Below are positions 1-14,302 of a DNA stretch of 64,000 nt, one piece after another. The notes beneath the pieces are model-generated. The model was not told the origin of the DNA and ran no database searches. It worked only from the letters and a program-made list of their open reading frames with translations. The position numbers and the translations under genes are program-made. Every line of letters begins with the position of its first letter. Position 1 is the stretch's first letter. The DNA is taken from assembly GCF_009914755.1 (NCBI RefSeq), contig NC_060929.1. The stretch is one strand, 5' to 3'. Source of the DNA: the human T2T-CHM13v2.0 reference genome, Homo sapiens.

Positions 1-616
1 TCATTACTTATTATTAGCGTTCATTAAATGTTTGTTGCATAACAGAGCTATGATGAACCCTTTAATATATTATTTCCTTTGATATCATTTTTCCATCTGG
101 ACTTGAGAGGAAATTCATGTCTGGTGATTCTTTTCAGCAACTTGTTGTAAGTGACACCAGTAGGAATGTGGAGTGATTGTGTTCCCATACTGTGGTCACT
201 GATTCTGCTACTGAATTCCTCTTCTAAATGCAAACATGGGCCAGCTCTGCCTAAGACTAGATCACCATATCATCTCCAGATTTTACAGGGAAATTCTTAG
301 AACCTTTTAATGTCTCATTCTACACCGATCATTGGTCATTGGACACTGAGAAAACCCAAATTTAGGCAATGTACTTAATTTTGGAACATACCTTTTTAAA
401 AGTACATAAAATATGCCATTCCATCCCTCCATGAATGAGGTGACTGTGTAAGGAGTTTGGACGCACAAAGTGCTGCTGTAAATTGAATGGTTACTTTCCT
501 CTCTGTCTTTATCTTATTAATGAGAGTATAGTAAAAATTCCAGGAACAGAACAGAGGGAGCCAAGGTTTTGTCTACATATAAATATTCAAATTAAAGTTC
601 TCCACTTTACAACTAA

Positions 617-790
617 TTTTTTTTTTTTTTTTTTTTGAGATGGAGTCCACTCTGTTGCCCAGGCTGAAGTGCAGTGGTGCAATCTCGGCTCACTGCAACC
701 TTCGCCTCCCTGGTTCAGAGACTCTCCCGCCTCAGCCTTCCGAGTAGCTGCGATTAAAGGCACCTGCTAAGACGTCCAGCTAATTTTTGT
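617..790 (-). mobile_element. Alu, right monomer only (AluS/Y-like)
   Basis: Poly-T then gagatggagtc...cccaggctgaagtgcagtgg...cagctaatttttgt; stops at the A-rich linker. Confidence 0.93.
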
Positions 791-1080
791 GGTTAACTGC
801 AGTCTGAAAATAAGTGAGTGCGGTACAATTAGATATTTTGAGAAAAAGAGCACATTCACATAACTCTTATTATAGTATGTTGTTATATTGTTCTGTTTTA
901 TTATTATTATTGTTAATCTCTTACTGTGCCTAATTTGTAAATTAACCTTTATCATAGGCATGTATGTATAGAAAAAGAAAACCTAGTACTGTATATAGAG
1001 GTTTGGGTACTATCTGTGGTTTCAGGCATCTACTGGAGACCTTGGAACATTTGCCCTGCAGACAAGTGGAGAACACCGTA
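791..1080 (+). mobile_element. MER44/Tigger7-type DNA transposon fossil, left end missing
   Basis: aaattaacctttatcataggcatgtatgtatag...ggtttcaggcatctactggagaccttggaaca resembles the MER44 consensus; ends at TA. Confidence 0.75.
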
Positions 1081-1084
1081 TTTG

Positions 1085-1220
1085 TTCTCATTTCTCACAA
1101 GAGAAAAAAGTGGCTCAGAGAAGTAAAATAATATGACCAAGCTGAATAACTTGTAAATAAAGCCAATATTTGAACCCACCTCTGCCTAATTCCAAATCAT
1201 ATGCTTGTCTATAACACTAT
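1085..1220 (-). mobile_element. MIR fragment
   Basis: ggctcagagaagtaaaataatatgaccaag...atttgaacccacctctgcctaattccaaa resembles the MIR core. Confidence 0.6.
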
Positions 1221-1221
1221 C

Positions 1222-1907
<686 letters not shown>

Positions 1908-3099
1908 TTAGAGTCTGCATTATTGAAAAATGATTTTTTAGATATGTTTGGATTTTTTATAGTGTTTTACATGAAAAATACATGTGTACAGGCTCTACTC
2001 TCCTCCACAAGTTCACAATGCCTTTCAAGTTAATAAATAAACTATATAGTTTGATGATTTTAATTGTCAGTAAACTACTTTTTCTGAACAGTTTTGGAAG
2101 TATTAAGAACTCTTACTCAGAACCAGATAAAAACTATTGCTAACAACATCATGACTATAGTACTTTAATTGAGCAAATGAGATTTATGCATGATAATCTA
2201 CCCTAAACCACTCTAATTTTTTATTATGACCTGCTAAACCCTGTTAATGACAATATAATATTATTTTCAGCATTCATTTATGTTTTTTAAAAAATCTTTG
2301 TCCTCTTGGACAGGCATTACTTTATATCAATTCTGCCTTGACTCCTTAAGTAGAAGTTTCTCTAAAGAAAAACAAATCATCAATCAAGGTTATCAGGAAC
2401 AGTCCCTCAACAAATCAGAAAATTAGATAATAACAGGTAAAACATGGAATAGGTTTATTTCCATTAGATATGTTCCCACGTTAGACAGAGTCACAGTGAA
2501 AATGTTGAGCTATTAGCATTCACTAGCTGCTCAAATCACCTCCTTTCTATTACAAAACTGTGACTCTAGAAACCAAATGTGTGGATTGCTCTTCTGTTTT
2601 CTGCTTAATGACTGTGCCAAAGTCGGGAGCATTCATGCTTTTCTTTTGGAATGAAATAACAACAGTTGCTTTTCATGTACTTCTTGATGATTTGCCAGAC
2701 TGTGTAAACCCAGCCATTTCTATAACTTCTGGAGAGATAGATGTGTAAAAAGTCTGTCTTCAGGCATCTAAATGATTATATAAAGGTGTTTTCAGAGATT
2801 TTCCAGGCTTGCCTTCCTTTGTGGCTTTTATTTCTCTGTATTCATTTTTATGTCAGAGTCCAAAGATCATCAAATGTTTCATGTAACACCAACATAAAAT
2901 GATTCTGGTATTCTGTTGAATATACGAATTTAGAGGCTCAATTTAGTGTATTTCCTTATGGAGCTGACCCATAATTATTTGCTGAAGAAATCTTTTGGAT
3001 CTGCTGATAAGAACTCCCTTGGCCCACTTTCACAATATGGTTGAATAGCAGTCTACTCAGGGAGAAGTAATGGTTAGACCCTTCAATTCTCAAAAGAGG

Positions 3100-3220
3100 A
3101 TTCAATCATTCATGCAAAAAATATTTATTGACTGCCAACCATATGCCAAACCCACTGTTCAGGTCATTTGGATTGTATCAGTGAATAAAAACACAAAAAT
3201 GTTTGCTCTTGTGAAGCAAA
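3100..3220 (-). mobile_element. L2 3' end fragment
   Basis: ttcaatcattcatgcaaaaaatatttattgactgccaaccatatgcca is the reverse complement of the L2 tail motif. Confidence 0.65.
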
Positions 3221-3364
3221 TCAGAAAGACTGCAGAAAGTTAAAACAAAACATTGAATCTGCAATTATTTTGCAACAAAAAACAATCATTTCCAGGTATT
3301 TCTGAAAACCTACATTCTCACAGTAGCATATTTATAAAAAGCATGGTAAATAGAAATTGTGTTT

Positions 3365-3778
3365 ATATAGGTTTTCTGTGATTGCCATAACAAAATATGA
3401 AAAACTAGGTGGTTTAAACAACAAAAATGTATTATCTTACAATTGTAGAGGCTAGGAGTCCATGATCCAGGTGTTAGCTGGATTGGCTTCTTGGCTGATA
3501 GAAATACCACTTCAGTCTCCTATCATCTTCCCATGACACTCTCCCTGTGTGCTTCACATAATCTTCCCTCTATATGTATCTGTCTCTGTGTCCCAATTCT
3601 CCCTTTTTTTTTTTTAGTAAAGATACCAGTAATAATGATTAGTGCCCACTTCAATGACATTTTAACTTGACTAACTACAACTGCAATGACTGTATTTCAA
3701 AATAAGGTCACATTCTGAGATACTGAGAGGGAGGACTTTAACAAATGAATTTGGGTGAAACAGATTTAACCCATAACA
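3365..3778 (-). mobile_element. MLT1 (MaLR) solo LTR
   Basis: gccataacaaaata...ggtggtttaaacaacaaaaatgtatt...aaggtcacattctgaga...aacccataaca. Confidence 0.8.
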
Positions 3779-4713
3779 AAGTTTATTATAGAATGCCTAG
3801 ATTAGGATTGAATCAAACCATCAGACCTGTTTACTTCAACCATGTAAGTTGTTACCCTCCATCTCTGTTACTCTAACCACATAAAAAAATTATCTTAGAA
3901 TACGTTTTGACTTTATGGCATTTTTAAAATTTTCATTGTAGGTTCAGAGGTACATGTGCACATTTGTTATATAGGTAAATTGTATGTTACAGGGTATTGG
4001 TATACAGATTATTTTGTCACGAATTTAATACCCATATACCCAATAGGTAGTTTTTTAGTCTTCTACTCACCACCCTTAAGTACGCCCTCGTGTCTATTGT
4101 TCCCTGCTTTGTATCCATATATACTCAAAGTTTAGCTCCTACTTATAAGTGAGAACCTGTGGTATTTGGTTTTCTGGTCCTGTGTGAGTTTTCATGGGAT
4201 AATGTCCTCCAGCTCCATCCATGTCACTGCAAAGGATATAATCTCATTTTTCATGGCTGCATAGTATTCCGTGGTGTATATATCCAGTCTACCATTGATG
4301 GGCATTTAGATTGATTCTATATCTTTGCTATTGTGAATAATGTTGTAATTAACACACTTGTGCATTTGCCTTTATAGTAGAGTGATTTATATTCCTTTGG
4401 ATATTTAACCAGTAATGAAATTGCTTGGTTTAATGGTAATTCTGTTTTAAGTTATTTCAGAAGTTTCCAAACTGCTTCTACAACAGTTGAACTAATTTAC
4501 ATTCCCACCAGCAGTGTATAACCGTTCTCTTTTCTCTACATCCTTGCTGGCATCTATTATTTTATTTTATTTTTTTACTTTTTAATAGCTATTCTGACTC
4601 ATGTGAGATGGTATTGAAGTTTTGATTTGCATTTCTCTAAGAATTAGTAATATTGAGTATTTTTCATATGCTTGTTGGCTGTGTGTATGTTTTCTTTTGA
4701 AAAGTGTCTGTTC

Positions 4714-5206
4714 TAATCCTTTGGATATATACCCAGTAAACATGCACATGTATGTTTATTGCAGCACTATTCACAATAGCAAAGACTTGGAACCAATCCA
4801 AAGCCCATCAATGACAGGCTGTATAAAGAAAATGTGGCACATATACACCATGGAATACTATGCAGCCATAAAAAGGATGACTTTATGTCTTTTGCTGGGA
4901 CATGGATGAAGCTAGAAACCGTCATTCTCAGCAAACGAACACAGGGACAGAAAACCAAAAAACTCATGTTCTCACTCATAAGTGGGAGTTTTACAATGAG
5001 AACACATGGACACAGGGAGGGGAACATCACACACCAGGGCCTGTCAGGGGTCGGGGGCAGGGAGAGGGATAGCATTAGGAGAAATACCTAATGTAGATGA
5101 TGGGTTGATGGGTGCAGCAAACCACCATGGCACATGTATACCTATGTAACAAACCTGCACGTTCTGCACATGTATCCCAGAACTTAAAGTATAATAATAA
5201 AAAAAA
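4714..5206 (+). mobile_element. L1PA6-8-like 3' end with 26-bp 5' inversion, nested in older L1
   Basis: TSD aaaagtgtctgttc at 4700-4713 and 5203-5216; L1PA 3'UTR and A-tail. Confidence 0.92.
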
Positions 5207-5558
5207 GTGTCTGTTCATGTCCTCTGCCCACTTTTTAATGAGGTTGTTTGCTCTTTGCTTGTTAATTTGTTTAAGTTCCTTATAGATTTCGGATATTAGG
5301 CTTTTGTCAGATGGACAGTTTGTGAATTTTATTTTGCATTCTGTATGTTGTCTGTTTACTCTATTGATAGTTTCTTTGGCTGTGCAGAGGCTCTTCAGTT
5401 TAATTAGGTCCCGTTTGTCAATTTTCGTTTTTGTTGAAATTGCTTTTAGTGTCTTCATCATGAAACTTTAGCTAGGGCTTATGTCCAGAATGGTATTTCC
5501 TCGGTAATATTCCAGAGTTCTCATAGTTTTAGGTTTTACATTTAAATATTTAATCCAT

Positions 5559-5846
5559 GTTTTTATAAACTTTTATTTTAAGTTCAAGTGTACAGTGCAG
5601 GTTTGTTACATAGGTAAACTCATGTCATGGGGGGTTGTTGTACAGATTATTTTGTCACCCAGGTATTAAGCCTACTACCCATTAATTATTCTTCCTGATC
5701 CTCTCCCTCTTCCCACCCTCCACCCTCCAAAAGTTCAAAAGGCCCAAGTGTGTGTTGTTCCCCTCTATGGGTCCACGGATTCTCATCATTTAGCTCCCAC
5801 TTATAAGCGAGAACATACGGTATTTGTTTTTTTGTTGTTGTTGTTA
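5559..5846 (-). mobile_element. Short L1PA13-like 3' end nested in older L1
   Basis: A second L1 3'UTR (gcaggtttgttacataggtaaactc...gagaacatacggtatttg) splits the host motif aatccat|cttgagttg. Confidence 0.85.
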
Positions 5847-8800
5847 CATCTTGAGTTGATTTTTGTATATGGTGTAAGGAAGGAGCCTAGCTTCAATTGC
5901 ATATAGCTATCCAGTTGTCCCAGCACCATTTATTGAGTCGGAAGTCTTTTCCCCATTGCTTTTTTTTTTTTTTTGTCAGTTTTGTAGAAGATGAGATGGT
6001 TGTAGGTGTGCCTCTTTATTTCTGGGCTCTCTCTTTTGTTCCATTGGTCTATACATCCGTTTTTGTTCCAGAACCATGCTCTTTTAGTTACTATAGCTCC
6101 GTACTATGATTTGAAGTCAGGTAACCTGATGCCTCCAGCTTTGTTCTGTATTAATTTTGTATCCTCAAATTTTGCCAAAGTTGTTCATTAGCTTCAGGAG
6201 CTTTTGGACAGAGACTATGGGGTTTTCTAGGTATAGAATAATGTCATCTGCAAACAGGGATAGTTTGAGTTCCTCTGTTCCTATTTGGATGCCTTTTACT
6301 TATTTATTTCGCTTGATTGCTCTAGCTAGGACTTCCAGTACTATGTTGAATAGGAGTGGTGAGAGAGGGCATCCTTGTCTTGTGCCAGTTTTCAAAAGGA
6401 GTAATTTTTGCCTATCCAGTATGATGTTGGCTGTGAATTTGTAATAGATGGCTTTTATTATTTTGAAGTATGTTCCTTTACTACCTGGTTTGTTGAGGGT
6501 TTTTAACATAAAGAAGTATTGAATTTTATCGAAAGCCTTTTCTGCATCTATTGAAATGATCGTGTGGATTTTTTTAATGTAATGAATCACATTTATTGCT
6601 TTGCATATCTTGAACCAACCTTGCATCCCAGGGATAAAGTCAACTTTATTATGGTGGATTGGCTATTTAATGTGCTGCTGGATTTGGTTTGCTAGTATTA
6701 TGTTGACAATTTTTATACCTATGTTCATCAACAATATTTTCCTGAAGTTTCCTTTATTTGATGTGTCTCTGCCAGGTTTTGCTATCAGAATGATGCTGGC
6801 CTCATAGAATGGGTTAAGGAGTGGTCCCTCCTCCTCAATTTTTTGGGATAGTTTCAGTAAGAATGGTACCAGCTCTTCTTTATACATCTGGTACAATTTG
6901 TCTGTGAATTCTGGTCCTGGGCTTTTTTTGTTTGGGAGACTTTTTATTCCTGATTCAATTTCAAAACTCGTTATTGGTCTGTTGAGGGATTCAGTTTCTT
7001 CCTGGCTCCATCTTGGGGGGTTTATGTTTCCAGGAATTTATCTGTTTATTCAAGGTTTTCTAGCTTATGTGCATAGAGGTGTTTCTGCTTGTCTCTACTG
7101 GTGTTTTGTATTGCTGTGGAGTTGGTGGTAACGTCCCCTTTGTCATTTCAAATTGTGTTTATTTGGATCTTCTCTCTGTTTTTAATTAGGCCAGCCAGCA
7201 ATCTATCTTATTTATTCTTTCAAAAACACTAACTCATATATTCATTGATGTTTTCTATGGATTTTTATATCTCAATTTTTTTCAGTCGGCTGTGCTTTGG
7301 GTTATTTCATGTTTCCTGATAGCCTTGGGTGGGTTTTCTGTTTCTTTAGTTCCTCTAGCTATGACGTTAGATTGTTAACTTGAGATCTTTCTAACTTTTC
7401 AATGTGAGCATTTAGCACTGTTAACTTCCCCCTTAACACTGCTTTAGCTGTGTTCCAGGGATTCTAGTATGTTGTATCTTTGTTCTCATTAGCTTAAAAA
7501 AAATTTCTGCCTTAATTTGATTGTGTACCCAAAAGTCATTCAGGACTTTGACTTTTGACTCCAAAAGTCATTCAGGAGCAGGCTGTTTAATTTTCATGTA
7601 AATCTACAGTTTTGAGGGATCTCCCTAGCATTGATTTCTGTTTTTATTGCCATATGCTCCCAGAGTGTGCTTGCTATGATTTTATTTATTTATTTATGTT
7701 TTGAATTTGCTGAGGTTTGTTTTATGGTTAATTGTGTGGTTGATTTTATTGTAAATGTCATGTGCAGATGAGGATGTAGAACATATTGTTTCGGAGTGGC
7801 AAATCCTGTAGATGTACATTAAGTCTATTTGGTCAAGAATTGAGTTCAGGTCCTGAATATGTTTGTTTTCTGCTTCTGCTCCAATTCTGTCAGTGGGGTG
7901 TTGAAGTCTCTTACTATATTGTGTAGGAATCTAAGTCTCTTCGTAGGTCTCTAAGAACTTGCTTTATGAATCTGTGTGCTGCTGTTTTGGGTGCATATGA
8001 ATTTAGGATAGTTAGGTGTTCTTGTTGAATTAAATCCTTTACCATGACATAATGACGTAATGTCATTCTTTGTCTTTTTGAGAGCTTTTAGAAAAAAGCA
8101 AAAACAACTACAAAAAACCATATCCTTGGCAAATGTACCACAAATCACTGGGGGCCAATGAGATGGATTCCTCTGCTTTACAAATCTTTATATATATCTA
8201 CATGTTTGACTCAAAAGTTACAGGCGAGCCCTGAAATTATAAAATAGCAATAGGAACGCTTAAATATAAGCATAAGAAACCACTCGTGTTCTGAATCCCA
8301 TTTAAATTATAACCAAACTCAAATTATATCATTACTATCACACAGATATGCATTATTAGATACTATAAGCTAAAAATCATATGCCAACAAGTATAAATGT
8401 ATCTTTTGTTTAAATTAACTTTTTTCAATGTGAATGTAACATATATCTGCATGATCATTGCAAAATAAGAGAAATACAGATGTGTCTGGGGCAAACATTT
8501 TGTCCCTATTATTTCTCTCATATTACTGAAAGCAGTTTAAGATATACTAATATTAAGCTTTTTAATTTTTGTGACTAGTTTGATGTGTTTGTATTTAAAA
8601 ATTATACGTATAAATGTCTATATACACAATACATAGTGTTTCATAATATTAATAGTGCAAAACCACTAATTGTCTTTTTCAAGTAGCAGAGTGTGTCTTG
8701 ATTATTCCATTTAAAGTATTTAAATGAAACTCTTCCATTCTTTTCATCAGCTGCCCAGTTTCACTGTCTTTTTGTTTAAGATTGATTGGCTTTAAAAAGC

Positions 8801-9054
8801 ATCTAATATGGTTTGGATTTGCTGTTCCCGCCCATACCTCATGTCGAATTCTAATACCCAATGTTAGAAGTTGGACCTGGTGAGAGGTAACTGGATCATG
8901 GGGCCAGATTAATCATGAATAGTTTAGCACCATCTTCTTGGTGCTATTCTTGTGATAGTGAGTGAGTTATCATGAGATCCGGTCATTTAAAAGTGTATAG
9001 CAAATCCCCCACTCTCTTGTTCCTGCTCCTGTTATGTAAGAAGTATCTGTTCCC

Positions 9055-9805
<751 letters not shown>

Positions 9806-10939
9806 TAAGCCGATTAAACCACTTTTTAAATAAATTACGCAGTCTCAGGACTTCATTACAGCAGTGAAAGAACAGACTAATACAGCACCTATCTTAGTTT
9901 CATTTTCTTAGAATTTTATTGTTATATCATCAAACCAAAGCTTATTTGTGTTTATTGTTTATTGCCCCAACTAAATTTTATGCTTAATATTTATTGTATG
10001 TTTACTATTTAACATGCTGTCATTATAGTAAATGACATTTTCTCTTTTTTATTATTTTACTCTTGACCCATCAAGTCATTTCTAAAAATTCTATTTTGCC
10101 TCCATTTCTAATATATGGTAGACATTTTATAATCAAAATGCCAAATTAAATGAAAGTAAACTTTTACTTCCAGGTCTCCAAATGACACTCCTTTGTGTGT
10201 TTAGTTAGAATAATTATATTCTAAGCTAAAATTATGTTTCTGAGCTAAAATTATGTTTTAATTTGTCTTATTTTTACATTTTTTTACCCTTAGATTCCAG
10301 CATGTTATATGGTTTCTTTAGATTTGACTGCAAATATCTCTGATTTTTGCTTACTTTTTTTGCATTTTTCCTCTCTATTTTGATCTTTTCTGATTTATTG
10401 TTATACTGAGTAGGTTTTTTTCCTCTCTATCATCTTCCTCATAAAATAAGGTGTGTGTGTGTGTTTTTTTAATCCTTCCATAACCAAAATAACTTTCTTT
10501 GTCCTTTTCATTTGTGGTATAATACCACAAATGACATCTTTAGGGAAACAATTATTTTTAGCTCAATAGGCAAAATTAACTAATTGGACAGTCTTCTGAG
10601 GGTAACATATTGTACAGGTGTAAAAAGCTTATTCTAGTTAGATTTGAGAAATAAGTGAGTAAAGATAGTATATTCAGGAAATATGAATAAAATAACAAGA
10701 TCTTACACAGAAAAAAAATAAAACCCATAAAAAGACAAGGAGAAGGGAACAGACAGGCAGAATCATTGCCTCCTGTGTATTTCTCCTTTTCCCCTATGCC
10801 TAGTATTGGTTACATAAGCCAAGAACACAGAAGGAATGTTCAGATACGACTTTAGGTGTGTTCTTTACTCTTCATGGCTCATCAAAAGAATAGTCTCAGA
10901 TATATTACGTATGTACTTACACCAACTGCAGTTGACCAG

Positions 10940-11040
10940 TCATTCCATTTTCCAGATGAGAAAATTGAAGTTCAGAACTACTTAACAACGACTACTAAGT
11001 CACCCTGGTGAGTGGAAGATCAGCTACTCAAAGCAGCACT
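10940..11040 (-). mobile_element. MIR fragment
   Basis: ccattttccagatgagaaaattgaagttcaga core motif. Confidence 0.6.
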
Positions 11041-12322
11041 CTTCTTAGAAAAAGCAGCATTTAATATAAAGATAAACTTTGACTTCCACAAGGTCACATA
11101 ATATAGTTTCAAACAATGATTCACTTTCCATCCTTTTTGCAGAACAAAGCCAACATTTGATGGGAACTCTCACGTTGCCCAGTGAGCTCAGTAGCTTACT
11201 GAATAGTTGGAAGTTTGGGGAAATCCTGTAACTAAAGGAAAGCAGGGATATGTAATATCAGATGAAATGGAAAAGTCTGCTTGAAACAAATTGTTTCAAA
11301 ATATGAGAGGTCTGTTGGACTCTGCCTGTGGCTTGAAGAATTGCTTGAGGAAAAGCGTGGTGATGAAAAACGAGGTTAGTTCTTTCTTCAAGAAAGGCTC
11401 AACAAGTTCAAAACTGAAGTGAAGCCATTCTTACCAGAGAGGTTTCAATCAGGGAGTATGTCAGAGGTGCTTGGATGCAGTCCCTATTCCCACCATCCTT
11501 TTTTTCAGTAAAAGTCTTTTATGGATGATACAGATGCTGAGGAGAGGAGACTGGGGAACACTGTATCAAAAGGCTTCAAATGTCAATACACTTGTTATTC
11601 AAACTTTAAATCTTACTAGTTACAGTGCAATGCAGTATACTGCAGTAAAATATACACTCAGGAATAAATAAACAACCTTCATATAGGCATGCTGTTATTC
11701 CTATTTATTAGTAGTTCTATATAAAACTCCACCTGTATTGATATTTCACTATTTATATAACTCATTATACGTATACACACATGCAAAGTTCAAGTGGTAC
11801 TGTGGCTTATCAAATGACTGCTTGACGTGGCTAAACAATAAAGTTGTGAACTTGGGGGTGGGAGTCATACATTGGGACTTGGGGGAAGTGAAGCCTGATA
11901 CCTAAGCAGAAGGTAAGTTTATCTCTGTGTTTTTGTTTTGTTTTCTGTTTGTTTTGTCTTGTCTTGTCTTGTTTTTAGTCGGATCACACTCATCCAGGAA
12001 ATGTATCTTTTCTTGCAAAAGAAGGAATTAAGTATTCTACAAGACTAGAGAGCTCAGAGAGAATACTGAACAAAAACAGAGAGTGAAGGAAGTGAAGGTC
12101 AGCCACAACAAAAGTAGTAGCTTTTTGTCCCACAGAAGAAAGGAGCCATGAATTTTACACAACATAACTGTCTTAAATGTCAGTATGTTATGTACTAGAG
12201 AAAGCCTTAATAAAATGTGTTACTTAAACAAATAGGGATTAAAATGTTCAGGGACTGAGATCGAAACCCTAATATCAAACAGAAGTGGCCATGCTGATGG
12301 AGATTGCTACTGGACGAAAACA

Positions 12323-12911
12323 CAGCCATTGTAGAAGACAGTGTGGTGATTCCTCAAGGATCTAGAACCAGAAATATCATTTGACCCAGCAATCCCATTA
12401 CTGGGTATATACCCAAAGAATTATAAATCATTCTACTATAAAGACACATGCACACGTATGTTTATTGCAGCACTGTTCACAATAGCAAAGACTTGGAACC
12501 AACCCAAATGCCCATTAATAATAGACTAGATAAAGAAAATGTGGCACATATACACCATGGAATACTATGCAGCCATAAAATAGGATTAGTTTGTGTCCTT
12601 TGCAGGGACATGGATAAAGCTGGAAACCATCATTCTCAGCAAGCGAACACAAGTAGAGAAAACCAAACAACGCATGTTCTCACTCATAAGTGGGAGTTGA
12701 ACAATGAGAACACATGGACGCAGAGAGGGGAACATCACACACCAGGGCCTGTTGGTGGGTGAGAGGCTAGGGGAGGGATAGCATTAGGAGAAATACCTAA
12801 TGTAGATGACGGGTTGATGGGTGAAGCAAACCACCATGGCATGTGTACACCTATGTAACAAACCTGTATCTTCTGCACATGTATCCCAGAACTTAAAGTA
12901 TAATAAAAAAA
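12323..12911 (+). mobile_element. L1PA6-8-like 3' end (~590 bp)
   Basis: ORF2 C-terminal sequence (tggcacatatacaccatggaatactatgcagcc), 3'UTR, acttaaagtataataaaaaaa. Confidence 0.95.
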
Positions 12912-13834
12912 TTTTTTTAATTATATGTGCTTAAAAAAAATAAACCACAGAGGCTGCAACAAAACCTGATTCATGTGCAAAATGACTAGGAGAAAAAAAC
13001 ACAGGTACATAATCAATATATATCACTTGGGCAATTAATTTTGCTAAGTCCCTCTACTGAGGGCTTGGACATTAAAATTAAACCAACTTTATATATAAAT
13101 GATATATAGTTAATCTGTTTTTTGTGTGTGATATAATTACTGTTTTGTCTGTGTATACACGTCAACAATTACTGATATTGTTGCAGTAGTTATTTCTTGT
13201 CATTGAAAATCACCTCCATTCTTCTATTCTACAAACACTTACTGAGCAATTATTAAATATTTTTTGGAAGCCAGATGCTAAATTCTATGCCAAGCAGACA
13301 CTAATTTATCTTTTTTTAAGATTTCAATGCCTGGAATAGGAAAAGAAAGTAAGCTATATCCTTAAGGAGATGTTGCCTTAAAATATGTTCTGTCATAGTG
13401 GATTATATATTTATAGTATCAGAAAAAAACCTATTTTAAAGGTTAATGGGAGAATTTTCTCTCAAATTAGACACTCAAGAACTTAACTAAATTCCAGTTG
13501 CATACACATAGTAAAATCCATGAGTGATCTCTTTATACATTTTAAAATCCTAAATAAATGCTTGGCAAAGAATGCTACGCAGTCATTTTAATAAGATGAT
13601 TCTAATACCTTGACTTCTTTTCATGGTGCCTAAATTCCAAATAAAAGCAAAACATTGCCACAAGCATATTAAGAGAAAACACTGCCTTTTAAACTGGCTC
13701 TGTGGCTTTAAACTGAGAAAAAAACCTATTCTCTAATATATGGTTTGACATATTTTTCTGCTTTGTGAAGCACTGAAAAGTAACAGAATCAAAGCATACA
13801 TGGTGAGTTTTGCCTGTACTGTTGAGATTTGTTA

Positions 13835-14302
<468 letters not shown>

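Larger units (their letters stand above)
3921..8078 (-). mobile_element. 5'-truncated L1 (L1PA13-15-like), ORF2 + 3'UTR, with nested insertions and an internal deletion near 6147
   Basis: L1 3'UTR at 3921; minus-strand ORF2 peptides ([55 protein letters not shown]); many stops and frameshifts. Confidence 0.93.

Noticed and set aside
48-233. 61-aa minus-strand ORF in non-repeat sequence
   Set aside because: Non-ATG start, no recognisable domain and no convincing splice context.
4622-8148. Reverse-transcriptase-like peptides as an active or novel retroelement
   Set aside because: Fragmented L1 ORF2 with many stops, frameshifts and nested insertions.
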